NCBI RefSeq assembly: GCF_006345805.1
Contig: NC_043005.1
Location: 71,796,001 to 71,860,000 of the forward strand
DNA: 64,000 bases
Source: Octopus sinensis
Lineage: Eukaryota
Direction: 5' to 3'
Shown: piece after piece, positions 1 to 11,394 of the stretch
How the letters are laid out: every line of letters starts with the position of its first letter
How positions within the stretch are numbered: the stretch's first letter is position 1
Made by a program: the position numbers and the translations under genes
The notes under the pieces: model-generated
Told to the model about the DNA's origin: nothing
Databases searched by the model: none
What the model saw: the letters and a program-made list of their open reading frames with translations, nothing else

Positions 1-223
1 TTGATCATTTCTGATCAAGTAAACTTATAATCAAAGGTGTTCCATTTATGGCCATTCCATCTTATTTTGCACTAATGTACTCTGGACTACATTTTCCAAT
101 ATGAACTTTGGTTTTTAAAGGTGATAGGATATGGTGTCTGACAAATTCGATGAGTATATTTCATACAACAAGCTACCACCTGCAATCTTCCTTGTTGGTT
201 TTTTTTTTCCCCTCTGTTTTCAG

Positions 224-250
224 GTTGTGCAGACCTTTTAGAGATTGCAG
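224..250 (+). CDS. Candidate 27-nt microexon (open in two frames: (G)CADLLEIA or LCRPFRDC)
   Basis: Long polypyrimidine tract ttttttttcccctctgttttcAG before 224; CAG|gtgaat donor after 250; length a multiple of 3. No homology recognised. Confidence 0.25.
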
Positions 251-274
251 GTGAATCATATATCTTTTAATTCA

Positions 275-705
275 TCTATTCTTTTACTTTTTTTTCCATT
301 ACCTGATTGCAACCATGCTGAGGTATTCTCTTGAAGGATTTATTCAATCAAATGAATCTCAGTATTTATTTTATGCCTGGTATTTATTTTATCACTCTCA
401 TTTCTCAAACCACTAAGTTACTTGGATGTAAACAAATCAACAGTGGCTGCCAAACAGTGAGAAACAAACACACTCATGAACACACACACACACACACATT
501 TATACATGTGAATGTATATGACAGGATTTGGCTGAGTTCCAGTCTATCATCATCATCATCTAATATAATTCAAAGGACATTGGTAAGTCTAGGACTATAG
601 GGCAAAATCTTACTTGTCCAAGGTGCTATGCAGTGGAACTGAACCTGAAACATGATTCTGTGAAGCCACCTTCTTGCCCTCACAACCACGTCTATTCCTG
701 TAATA
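275..705 (-). mobile_element. Old, diverged SINE family A copy
   Basis: Aligns by eye to the younger A copies: tail cttttact..ccatgctg, central (CA)n, then cttgtccaaggtgctatgcagtggaactgaacc. Confidence 0.6.
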
Positions 706-807
706 CCTTTAATCTTTTACTTGCCATACTGGGGCACCTCCTCAAAGAGTTTAGTCAAACTAATCAACCACATTATTTATCTTTAAGTCTAGTATTTATT
801 TTAATGG

Positions 808-1239
808 TGTAGTGACTCCATCTTGGAAATCTCCAGCACACATGCGCAGAGTTGCATTCTTCCGGGAGGCCTGCTGAAGTTCCCTCATGCGCATGCGCAG
901 AAAACTAGCAGCAGCGAAATTTCCCTTGTATCGTCCTCTTGAACGCTGGCAGCTGCACAGGACAGTGGTGTTTTATCAGCTCTCTCAAGCTGCTACCTTG
1001 TGGCATTTCTCTGCTATGCTTGAACAGACAGAATTTGGCTCACTCCACTTGGCAACTGCGATGAGCTCCTAGGCTGTCGATTCGCCCTGAAAAAAGAATG
1101 TGTATATTGCGAATACAGAAATAAAATATTTATGCTGTTGAAGTTAATCAGAAGTCTTGACTCTTTCCTTTGATTAATATTTTAATGTAAAGGATGCGAG
1201 CTGCACCCATCCAGTGCGGGGACCTCTCATCCTGTTACA
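808..1239 (+). mobile_element. Probable solo LTR (432 bp)
   Basis: Starts TGTA, ends TACA; AATAAA at 1120-1125; visibly GC-richer than the flanks; interrupts a SINE. No clean TSD. Confidence 0.55.
818..899 (+). promoter_or_regulatory. Cluster of YY1-like, ETS and NRF1 motifs inside the putative LTR
   Basis: CCATCTTG 818-825, CTTCCGG 859-865, perfect TGCGCATGCGCA 888-899. Motif match only. Confidence 0.4.
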
Positions 1240-1952
1240 TTAGTTTTTTTGACAAACTGCTAGGCTACTGGGACATAAATAAACAAACACTGGTAGTCGA
1301 ATGGTGGTGGGTTACAAACACAAACACAAAGATACACCACACCGTTTCCAACCACCAAATTCACCCACAAGGCATTGATGGGTTGATAATGTAAAAGCAG
1401 ACACTTTTCATGAGGTGCTGTGAAGTGGGACTGAAACCTAAATTAGGTGGTTACAAAACAAGCTCTTTAACAATGTAGCTATGCCTGCACCTTTGTCTAG
1501 ATATGTGCAAATCAACAATACCTATTTCCATGCATCTCGTTTTCATATCATATCATGTGTGAAGCTCTAATTTCATGTCTTCCTTGGTGTTTATAACCTA
1601 CCAACAGTCAATTCACATTAGCTTTTCAACCAAAACGTCTCATCATTCACATTATATGTTATCCAATTCAATGCAAATGTCCCTGATACCCCCAACCACA
1701 AATAAAAGCCCCAAAAATAATATAAATAAATAAATAAATTTCCTGGCAGATCAACAGATAGAAACAAATAAAGAAATAACACTCGAATAATTGTTACACT
1801 GAATGATCCTATCGAACACATGGTGTCTACTGAGATACATTTACATGTGCATGCTTCTTGATTACATTTACATATTTAAATTTCCTTGATGAATAATTGA
1901 TAGACTAGTTTTAGATTTCCAAATCTTTCGTTTTATTTTGTCATTTCTGTTT

Positions 1953-1987
1953 CTCTAATCCATTTAATCACTCTACATTTATTATTA

Positions 1988-2034
<47 letters not shown>

Positions 2035-2600
2035 TTCATCATCATCCTCATCATTATTATTGAGAGAGCGGTGCATGTCATCAAAGTGATACTCGGGTAA
2101 AATATATGAAGCCTAATATACCCTTCATGACTACCCGTCTGATAAGGGTACACCAAGCACATGCATCACATCCGCATGTGCATAACATGGTGATCTCATA
2201 TCAAGATAACCAGCGCATGACCTTGCAGGAGGGGCCCAATTAGAATTCACTTCAGGTCAGGTAACCCATCCAACTCTAATCCTTTTAATCACTCTACTTT
2301 CATTATTATTATTATCATTATTATTATTATTATTATTTTCATCGTCATCATCATCATTATTATTTAGAGAGCAGTGCATGCCATCAAAGTGATACTGGGG
2401 TAAAATATACGATGCCTAATATACCCTTCATGACTACCCGTCTGATAAGGGTACACCAAGCACATGTATCACAACCGCATGTGCATAACATGATCTCATA
2501 TCAATATAGACAGTACATGACCTTGCAGGTGGGGCCCAGTTAGAATTCACTTCAGGTTGGGTAACCCATCCCTCTCTAATCTTTTTAATCACTCTAATTT
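1953..2600 (-). repeat. Tandem pair of a ~250-bp retroposon with (AAT)n tail, separated and flanked by three copies of a 23-bp motif
   Basis: Units begin at 1953, 2274 and 2574 (periods 321 and 300); motif ctctaatc(c/t)(a/t)tttaatcactcta occurs three times. Confidence 0.8.
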
Positions 2601-2610
2601 TATTATTATT

Positions 2611-2855
2611 CTCTTTTACTTGTTTCAGTCTTGTGGCTGTGACCATGCTGGGGCACTGCCTTTAGTCAAGCAAATCAACCCCAGGACATATTCTTTGTAA
2701 GCCTAGTACTTATTCTTTCGGTCTCTTTTACCGAACCGCTAAGATACGGAGATGTAAACACACCAATATTGGTTGTCAAGCAATGTTGTGGGGACAAACA
2801 CAGGCACACAAACATATACACACAAATACATATATATACATATATATATACATAC

Positions 2856-2906
<51 letters not shown>

Positions 2907-3068
2907 TATATATTCTTTCAGTTTCCATCTACCAAATCCACTCACAAGGCTCTGGTCGAGCTGAGGCTATAGTAGAAGACACTTGCCCAAGGTGCCACAC
3001 AGAAGGACTGAACCCAGAACCATGTGGTTCATAAGCAAGCTACTTACCACACAACCACTCCTACACCT
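2611..3068 (-). mobile_element. SINE family A, full length (tRNA-derived head, CORE-like segment, central TA/CA microsatellite, CR1-type tail)
   Basis: Reverse complement carries A-box tggttgtgtgg and B-box ggttcagtcc, ggcaccttgggcaagtgtctt, and tail ccagcatggtcacagc..ctgaaacaagtaaaagag. Confidence 0.9.
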
Positions 3069-3125
3069 ATTATTATTATTATTATTGTTGTTGTTGTTGT
3101 TGTTGTTACTATTAATAATAATAAC
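3069..3125. repeat. (ATT)n(GTT)n trinucleotide microsatellite
   Basis: Direct reading. Confidence 0.9.
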
Positions 3126-3129
3126 AATA

Positions 3130-3235
3130 CAGGGAGCAGACAGAATCATTAGCATGCCAGACGTAGTGTTTAGTGGTATTTCCTCCATTCTAATGTTCTG
3201 AGCGCAAATTCCATCAACGTCGATTTTGTTGTTCA
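3130..3235 (+). mobile_element. SINE family B, diverged 5' fragment
   Basis: gcagacagaatcattagcatgccag..ttctgagcgcaaattcc matches the B head of 36256-36490. Confidence 0.5.
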
Positions 3236-4509
3236 GCATAGAGAAACAGACATTAGATAATGATAATGATGTGAATGTGTACATGTGTGTATAAGTGTGC
3301 CTGTGTTACTGTATCCAATGTCATTTGAGGCTAAATGGCTTTCTCATATTCTCACCAGACTTGTCTATTCTGTGTTTCTCTTTCTAATTCTTTCTGGTCA
3401 TGATCACTTTTTGTGTCTCTTCATTGTTCTCAGACAAGTGGAACAAGGTTTGTTACCTTGAACAATCCATTTTACCATTTCACATATTTTTGCTGGTCTT
3501 CAGGCCATGACCCAAAGTTTGTGACCCCAAAACCTGCCACCAACTCTTCGTTATTTCTTCTGTATTGGACACTTGCATTATGTTTCAAATCTCTTCATAC
3601 TCCACAAACATATGCCATTTGATTTCCAAGACAATTCATAATATATTATTCATTATTCATAATACTTTATTCTCAAATGTCTTTGACCATAAGTTTGGGT
3701 TTACCAATGTTGGACTAGAAGACTAAGTACCAACATCATCATCAGCAATTTCAACATTTTGCTTCCATTCTCAAACATAATGAATAATAAATACAATTAT
3801 AATTAGATGCCCTCCATTTCCAAGAGTGGTGCAATTGATATAGCTGGCTTCAGTATGAATACCATGTGATTAACATCAACAATAAAGAGTTCCAGATGGC
3901 CCATGTTCTTAAATGGTAGAATTAGGTATATTGGATGGCTCAGAGCCAGCGGAGACAACTTTACACTAAGAAGTGGAACCTGCAATTTCCTGTAATTCAG
4001 ATTTTCTCATGGTCCCAGCAGACTAAATAGTAAAGGCATTGCCCCAAACGATGTTGAGGGAGATCTGCTGGAACAACCACTCTGACTCACAATAGCAGAT
4101 GGCCATCTCTACCATTATAGCAGGGAGCAGGGATATGGTCCAGTGGCCAAGAATGCCAGAGGTCTCCACTGCCATAGGCTCAATGTCTCATTCATATACA
4201 CAATAGACAACTTGTAATAGAAGGGTTCAGATTTTTACAGACTCATTATGATACAATGGTTAGGAGAAATGGACCCCAAGATAAAAATGGGTATGAGATA
4301 CTTTGGTGGAGCTATTTTAGGGACACCTATTCAGTGTCACTAATTTAACAGTGGTTTATTTAGCATCAGACGATTTGTCTCTGGGACCTTTTGGCACCAA
4401 AACTTTTGTATCATTCTAGTTGAATGTAATCAAAACTTGTAATCAAAACTACTAAACTTCATTTAACTTTCTGCTTTATCTTATGTATATGATGGTCAGT
4501 AAAATATTG

Positions 4510-4709
4510 GTAATATGCTAGCAATTTCAGGGGGAGGGGGTAAGTTAATTACATTGACCACCTAGTACTCAACTGGTACTTATTTTATCAACCCCAAAAA
4601 GATGAAAGGTAAAGTTGACCTGGATGGAATTTGAACTCTGAACATAGACAGATGAAATACCATGAAGCATTTTGTGTGACATGCTCATGATGCTGCCAGC
4701 TTGCCACCT
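4510..4709 (-). mobile_element. SINE family B
   Basis: actggtacttattttatcaacccc..gatgaaaggtaaagttgacc..ggaatttgaactc is the reverse complement of the B core and head. Confidence 0.75.
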
Positions 4710-5070
4710 CAATGGTCAAGGAAATATGGACGAACTCAAAACAAAAAAAAAAGATTTTCTCACCATAGGTTGCTGTACATCTCTGACAAAGCAGAGCTAA
4801 CATTGGATTTTAATCTTGGCAGTGAGCAGAAAGGTCTGGTAGAGTGAGAAGCATTAAGAAGTGCATGTGCTTGCTTCCAGTGCCAAAAATGTACAATCAC
4901 CAAAACAGTTTCATTGTCCATCTAGCCTGTCTTTCCAAATCACCAATGTCCAAAAAGCTGCCTCCGGTCATCCATCTCATTCCGGGACAAAATAAGGTTG
5001 TGCTAAACTAGGCTCAATAAAATCAAGACCAAGTAAAAAAAACAAGAAGGGAGCCAATGACTCATGATGC

Positions 5071-5506
5071 TTTATTCTTTACTCTTTAATCTTTACTCTT
5101 TTACTCTTTTACGTGTTTCAGTCATTTGACTGCGGCCATGCTGGAGCACTGCCTTTAGTCAAGCAAATCAACACCAGGACTTAGTCTTTGTAAGCCTAGT
5201 ACTTATTCTATCGGTCTCTTTTGCCGAACTGCTAAGTTACGGGGACATAAACTCACCAGCATCAGTTGTCAAGCGATGTTAGGGGGACAAACACGGACAC
5301 ACAAACATATACACACACACACATATATATATAAATATATACGACAGGCTTCTTTCAGTTTCCGTCTACCAAATCCACTCACAAGGCTTTGGTCAGCCCG
5401 AGGCTATAGTAGAAAACACTTGCCCAAGGTGCTACGCAGTGGGACTGAATGCAGAATCATGTGGTTGGTTAGCAAGCTATTTACCACACACCCACTCCTG
5501 CACCTA
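5071..5506 (-). mobile_element. SINE family A, full length
   Basis: Near-consensus copy with (AAAGAGT)n-type tail at 5071-5112. Confidence 0.92.
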
Positions 5507-6366
5507 TATCCAAATTCTTGTTATATCTGAATTCAAATAAATTCAGAGGATGTTTAAATGGAACGGTACTATATTACAAATGAGTGCCTCCCATTCACAG
5601 CCAAACTGAAATACTGCATTCCAAACTATTCTGTTGACATTTGGTAGAAATTTGATCTTTTTAATAAATTCTATCTGAAATTCTTCACAGATTCAATTCA
5701 TTCCCAAATTTGTTTTCAAGTTAACATTTCAGCAAATTTGTTATAGGGTCGACCTTTTCTAGATTGATACACTTGACACCTATATCTTGTCATATCTTCA
5801 TCTTACACCATAAAAAAAATGAAAATGAATGCATTTTCATTTGGGGTTTTTTGGGGTTTTTTTCTCTATCTGACATGGTTTCACTGCATTTGAAGGCAAT
5901 AAAACTTGGAAATAAATAAATATATTATTACCAAGAATGGCACATGAATGAATCCAATGAAGCCATCTCCAGTGACTCAATAATGCTAATAATGAAGTTA
6001 ATAAAATGAAACTGCTGCAAATTTTATTGTAAAGCTGACATTTACATGAATTTGTTGCAAGTTTTAATGCTGTTATAATTTACACTTAAAGCTGATAGGA
6101 GTTTTATTCTGATATAAGACTAACCTTTATAACAATGTGTTCCAACATTGAGAAGTTAGAAACTTTTTCAAAAATTTTTATTCTCAGGTTAACTATTTAT
6201 TAGAACTTGTCATATATGCAGAAAAGCGATAAATTTATGATGGGCTGAGAAGATTATTATTAGTTAAATCAGCATTGTAGCCAATTAATTTCCTTTCATT
6301 AAACATTTTTTTAAGAATCTTGCCTTAAGACTGCCAAGAATATACCATAATGTTGTTTCCATATCA

Positions 6367-6599
6367 AGGTGGTGAGCTGGCAGCTCACCACGCCGGTGAA
6401 ATGCACACCGGGTGACATGCTTAGCGGTATTTTATCTGCCACTACATTCTGAGTTCAAATTCCGCCAATGTCGACTTTGCCTTTCATCCTTTGGGGTTCG
6501 ATTAAATAAGTACTGGGGTGGATATAATCGACTTAATCCATTTGTCTGTCCTTGTTTGTCCCCTCTGTGCATAGCCCCTTGTGGGCAGTAAAGAAATAA
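6367..6599 (+). mobile_element. SINE family B, tail type 1 (..tttgtctgtccttgtttgtcccctct..tgtgggcagtaaagaaat)
   Basis: B head ttctgagttcaaattcc; core gcctttcatcct..gggttcgattaaataagtac; rearranged 5' end. Confidence 0.85.
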
Positions 6600-6780
6600 A
6601 ACATTAGCATGCCGGTATTTCATCTGTCTTTACATTCTGAGTTCAAATTCCTCCAAGGCTGACTTTGCCTTTCATCCCTTCGGGGTTGATAAATTAAGTA
6701 CCAGTTACATACTGAGGTTGATCTAATCACCTGACCCCTTCCCCAAATATTTTGGGCCTTTTGCCTAGAGTAGAAAAGAA
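6600..6780 (+). mobile_element. SINE family B, tail type 2 (..ttttgggccttttgcctagagtagaaaagaat)
   Basis: Same head and core as the previous copy, different 3' end. Confidence 0.8.
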
Positions 6781-6796
6781 TATTGTTTCTGTATCT

Positions 6797-6998
6797 TAGG
6801 GCAGAGAACTTGCAGCACCATTAGCTTGCCAGATAAACTGCTTAGTGGCAGTTCATCTGTCTTTATGTCCTGGGTTCAAGTCCTGCCAAAGTTGACTTGT
6901 CTTTCATCTTTTCAGGGTTGATAAAATAAGTACTGAGTTCAATGTAATCAAATTACCTCACCCACAAAATTGCTGGCACTGTGCCAAAATTTGAAATC
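6797..6998 (+). mobile_element. SINE family B, tail type 3 (..aaaattgctggcactgtgccaaaatttgaaatc)
   Basis: Same head and core, third 3' end. Confidence 0.75.
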
Positions 6999-7416
6999 AG
7001 TTTTGTTTTTGTATCTCTATAAAAGCAAAGCTGCTGCTGTTTTTTAGACAAGACCAAATCTGATCAGCTGATCTCTCATCATCAAAATTTGTCATACATC
7101 AGTGCTGGGAAGTACATTGTCCAATATATCTCAAAAAAAATCTACCAACTTGTATCAATATAAGAAAGTGCATCAGATGTGTGTGTGTGTGTTTACAACC
7201 CTGTAATGTGGAAAGAGAGATTGATAGAATAGTACCAGGTTTTAAAAAAATAATTACAGTATTTGATTTGTTCAACTCAAAATTCTTCCTGGTAGTGCCC
7301 CAGCAGGGCCACAATATAATGACTGAAACAAGTGAAAGATTAAAGATTAAGAAAGACTATATATATATATATATATACACACACATACACACACACTCAC
7401 ACACATATATATATAT

Positions 7417-7462
<46 letters not shown>

Positions 7463-7463
<1 letters not shown>

Positions 7464-7699
7464 ACACACATATACATACAGGATGCTGCTGATACCTCAT
7501 GCACTGCCACTCAAAAGTTTCATGCAATACATGTTTCACCAGGTGATATTGTTTATCAAACCCTGTTTCATATAAAATTACATGTAGCAACACAGAAGTT
7601 ACCTGCTGTACTGCAGCATACAATAATAATTATACTTCACGACATGTACTGGATACTTTTCACACAGTTTTGTGAAGCAAAACACAGACACACACACAT

Positions 7700-7754
<55 letters not shown>

Positions 7755-7996
7755 TACAGGATGCTGCTGATACCTCATGCACTGCCACTCAAAAGTTTCA
7801 TGCAATACATGTTTCACCAGGTGATATTGTTTATCAAACCCTGTTTCATATAAAATTACATGTAGCAACACAGAAGTTACCTGCTGTACTGCAGCATACA
7901 ATAATAATTATACTTCACGACATGTACTGGATACTTTTCACACAGTTTTGTGAAGCAAAACACAGACACACACACATACACACACACACACACACA
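7463..7996. repeat. Direct tandem duplication, period 278 bp, with an identical unique core
   Basis: 7481-7700 is identical to 7759-7978; units are bounded by (CA)n/(TA)n. Confidence 0.95.
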
Positions 7997-8194
7997 CAAC
8001 CCAACATCAACGTGTGTATGCTTGTATATCTATTAATATTATGCTTTGTAAGTATGTGTATTCGGATGTACACATCTCTGTATGAATGAATGCATACATG
8101 CAGTGCTTCAAAATGCATAATTAAATGAAATATTTGTGTTAGTACAGTATACCCTGCTGCTTATAAACATAAGTAGATGATGTTATTTATTCAG

Positions 8195-8221
8195 GTATAA
8201 CAAGCATATTGTTTGGTAAAG
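8195..8221 (+). CDS. Candidate 27-nt phase-1 microexon ((G)ITSILFGK)
   Basis: tgttatttattcAG acceptor, AAG|gtaaaa donor, open reading in phase 1. No homology recognised. Confidence 0.2.
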
Positions 8222-8313
8222 GTAAAATTTGCCAGGCCTCAATCTGAGTAAATTTCTTGACAGATGTCTCGTCTTAAACATAACATTTTCTCTCACCCAA
8301 CTCTTTTACTCTT

Positions 8314-8327
<14 letters not shown>

Positions 8328-8361
<34 letters not shown>

Positions 8362-9793
8362 AACATAAATATATGTATATTTATCTACATAGATATTTGA
8401 ATGTGTTTATGTATATATATATATATTTGTGTATATATGTTTGTGTGTATATGTGTATATATATAAATGTGTATATATGTGCACACATTCACATGCATAT
8501 ATATAAATAAATATAAATATGTATATATATTTATAATGTGTGTGTGAGTATATATATATGTATGTACGCACACATAAATACATGTATATGTATCTACATA
8601 GATATTTGAATGTGTATATGTATATGTATATATTTGTGTATGTATATGTCTGTGTGTGTATATATATAAATGTGTATATATGTACACACATTCACATGCA
8701 TATATAAATAAATATAAATATGTAAATATATTTATAATGTGTGTGTGAGTATATATATGTATGTACGCACACATAAATACATGTATATATATCTACATAG
8801 ATATTTGAATGTGTATATGTGTATGTATATATTTGTGTATGTATATGTCTATGTGTATATGTGTATATATATAAATGTATATATATGTACACACATTCAC
8901 ACGCATATATATAAATAAATATATATATGTATATATATTTATAATGTGTGTGTGAGTATATATATATATGTATGTACACACACATAAATATATGTATATG
9001 TATCTACATAGATATTTGAATGTGTATATGTATATGTATATATTTGTGTGTATATATGTCTGTGTGTATATGTGTATATATATAAATGTATATATATGTA
9101 CACACATTCACACGCATATATATAAATAAATATAAATATGTATATATATATTATAATGTGTGTGTGAGTATATATATATGTATGTACGCACACATAAATA
9201 CATGTATATGTATCTACATAGATATTTGAATGTGTATATGTATATGTATATATTTGTGTATGTATATGTCTGTGTGTGTATATATATAAATGTGTATATA
9301 TGTACACACATTCACATGCATATATATAAATAAATATAAATATGTAAATATATTTATAATGTGTGTGTGAGTATATATATATGTATGTACGCACACATAA
9401 ATACATGTATATATATCTACATAGATATTTGAATGTGTATATGTGTATGTATATATTTGTGTATGTATATGTCTATGTGTATATGTGTATATATATAAAT
9501 GTATATATATGTACACACATTCACACGCATATATATAAATAATATAAATATGTATATATATTTATAATGTGTGTGTGAGTATATATATATATGTATGTAC
9601 ACACACATAAATATATGTATATGTATCTACATAGATATTTGAATGTGTATATGTATATGTATATATTTGTGTGTATATATGTCTGTGTGTATATGTGTAT
9701 ATATATAATGTATATATATGTACACACATTCACACGCATATATATAAATAAATATAAATATGTATATATATATTTATAATGTGTGTGTGAGTA

Positions 9794-9836
<43 letters not shown>

Positions 9837-9850
9837 TATATATATTTGCA
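8328..9850. repeat. ~207-bp minisatellite built from TA/TG microsatellite, ~7 units, with a ~620-bp trimeric higher-order repeat
   Basis: Anchor ctacatagatatttgaatgtg at 8385, 8594, 8793, 9004, 9214, 9417 and 9627. Confidence 0.9.
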
Positions 9851-10765
9851 TACACACACACACACACTCATATCACGTAATGGTTATTGCACACATCATA
9901 CTGAATGAAATTCCAGAGAGAATGAACATGCTTAACACCATGCTGTTATGCTTTAATAATCATTTTGTTTGTTGAGAACATGAAAAACTATATCTCAGTG
10001 AAGGTTCTGAGATAACAATTTCTATGCATTTCTAGGGGTGTTTTCATTGAATCCGTAAGATGGTAGTCATATAACAGAGAAACCTTCTGTTGTGAAGGCA
10101 CATTATGAAATAGGGGATTTCGCCCAATGGAAAACATTTGTTATATTATTGTTGCATTGTATTTATTAACATAACTTGATGCTAGTTATCATTAATCTTT
10201 TATTCCAGTGGAGAAATGGAAAACATCTCCAAGACCCCCAGATTCTTTGTGGTTGAGTCATTCAGAAATTCACTTCACAATTGAGTGGTTTATGGTCAGT
10301 GGTCAAGCAAGAATGTGTGTTGCCCAAGGCAGCCCTTCAGTTAGCTACACATTCCCTTTCACTTATTCAGGCTTATACAGTAGAATCAAAAGTGCAGCAC
10401 CCAGAAAAGCCATACCTGAGGTAAACCACCCTCTATCTTAACAGTTATGCAAATGTTCAGAGTTCAGTCCCACAGTGCCACATGTCATGCCAGGCAGGTG
10501 TTTTTGACCATAGATTCTGCTTAGCCCAAACCTTATAAGGGAAATTTTGAGCAGAGCAGACTGAAAACAGAGTAGAAACCACATAGATGGGATGGATATT
10601 GAACTGAAGATTTAACCTATTGCTTTGTTTGAAAGTACCACCTGGCCATTGGATACTTTTAGCTGGGTCTACTTTGAGTCACATTGCGTTTTAGTTCTAG
10701 TTTAGGAATGCAAAAAAAAAAAGGATCTTAAATACCACCTATTATCCTTTGATTAATTATAGATG

Positions 10766-11156
10766 ATAGGTGCTGGAGTGGCTGTGTGGTTAAGTAGCTT
10801 GCTTACCAACCACATGGTTCCAGGTTCGTTCCCACTGCATGGCACCTTGGGGCTGACCAAAGCCTTGTGATTGGATTTGGTAGATGGAAACTGAAAGAAG
10901 CTCGTCGCATATATGTATGTTTGTGTGTGTATATGTTTGTGTGTCTGTGTTTGTCCCCCCAACATCGCTTGACAACCGATGCTGGTGTGTTTACGTCCCC
11001 ATAACTTAGCGGTTCGGCAAAAGAGTCCAATAGAATAAGTACTAGGCTTCCAAAGAATAAGCCTTGGGGTTGATTTGCTTGATTAAAGGCGGTGCTCCAG
11101 CATGGCCACAGTCAAATGACGGAAACAAGTAACAGAGAAAGAGAAAGTGAGAAAGA
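10766..11156 (+). mobile_element. SINE family A with a small internal deletion in the CORE-like segment
   Basis: ggtgctggagtggctgtgtgg..ggttcgttcc..ccagcatggccacagtcaaatgacggaaacaagta. Confidence 0.9.
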
Positions 11157-11201
11157 TATGCACACACACACACATGTATATAAGTGTTTGAGTGTGTGTG
11201 T

Positions 11202-11234
<33 letters not shown>

Positions 11235-11394
11235 TATTATTTGTTTTCAAAGCTTAACTCTACATTCTGTATCCATAAGTAGATGATGGATTAAATATTC
11301 TTTGGATTTAAAGCCAGTGTTTTGCAACTAGAACTACAAAACATAGCACAAGCAATGCTCTCATAAATCATCATCATCAACATCCAACTTCGAT

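Larger units (their letters stand above)
712..1490 (-). mobile_element. Old SINE family A copy split by the 808-1239 insertion
   Basis: 712-807 matches the A tail and core up to agtatttattttaatgg; 1240-1490 resumes at the next consensus position (ttttgacaaactgctagg..gggacataaa) and runs to the tRNA-like head. Confidence 0.7.

Noticed and set aside
2139-2160. CTGATAAG-ggtacacc in the tandem 300-bp units as a retrozyme hammerhead
   Set aside because: G8 is absent in both copies, no GAAA follows helix II, and no helix I or III.
3790-4200. GC-richer patch with partly open frames, suspected LINE relic
   Set aside because: No frame gave a motif I could recognise; needs BLASTX.
10208-10441. 77-aa ORF with a possible AG/GT exon (10209 to about 10420)
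   Set aside because: Peptide not recognisable, moderate splice signals, no supporting neighbours.
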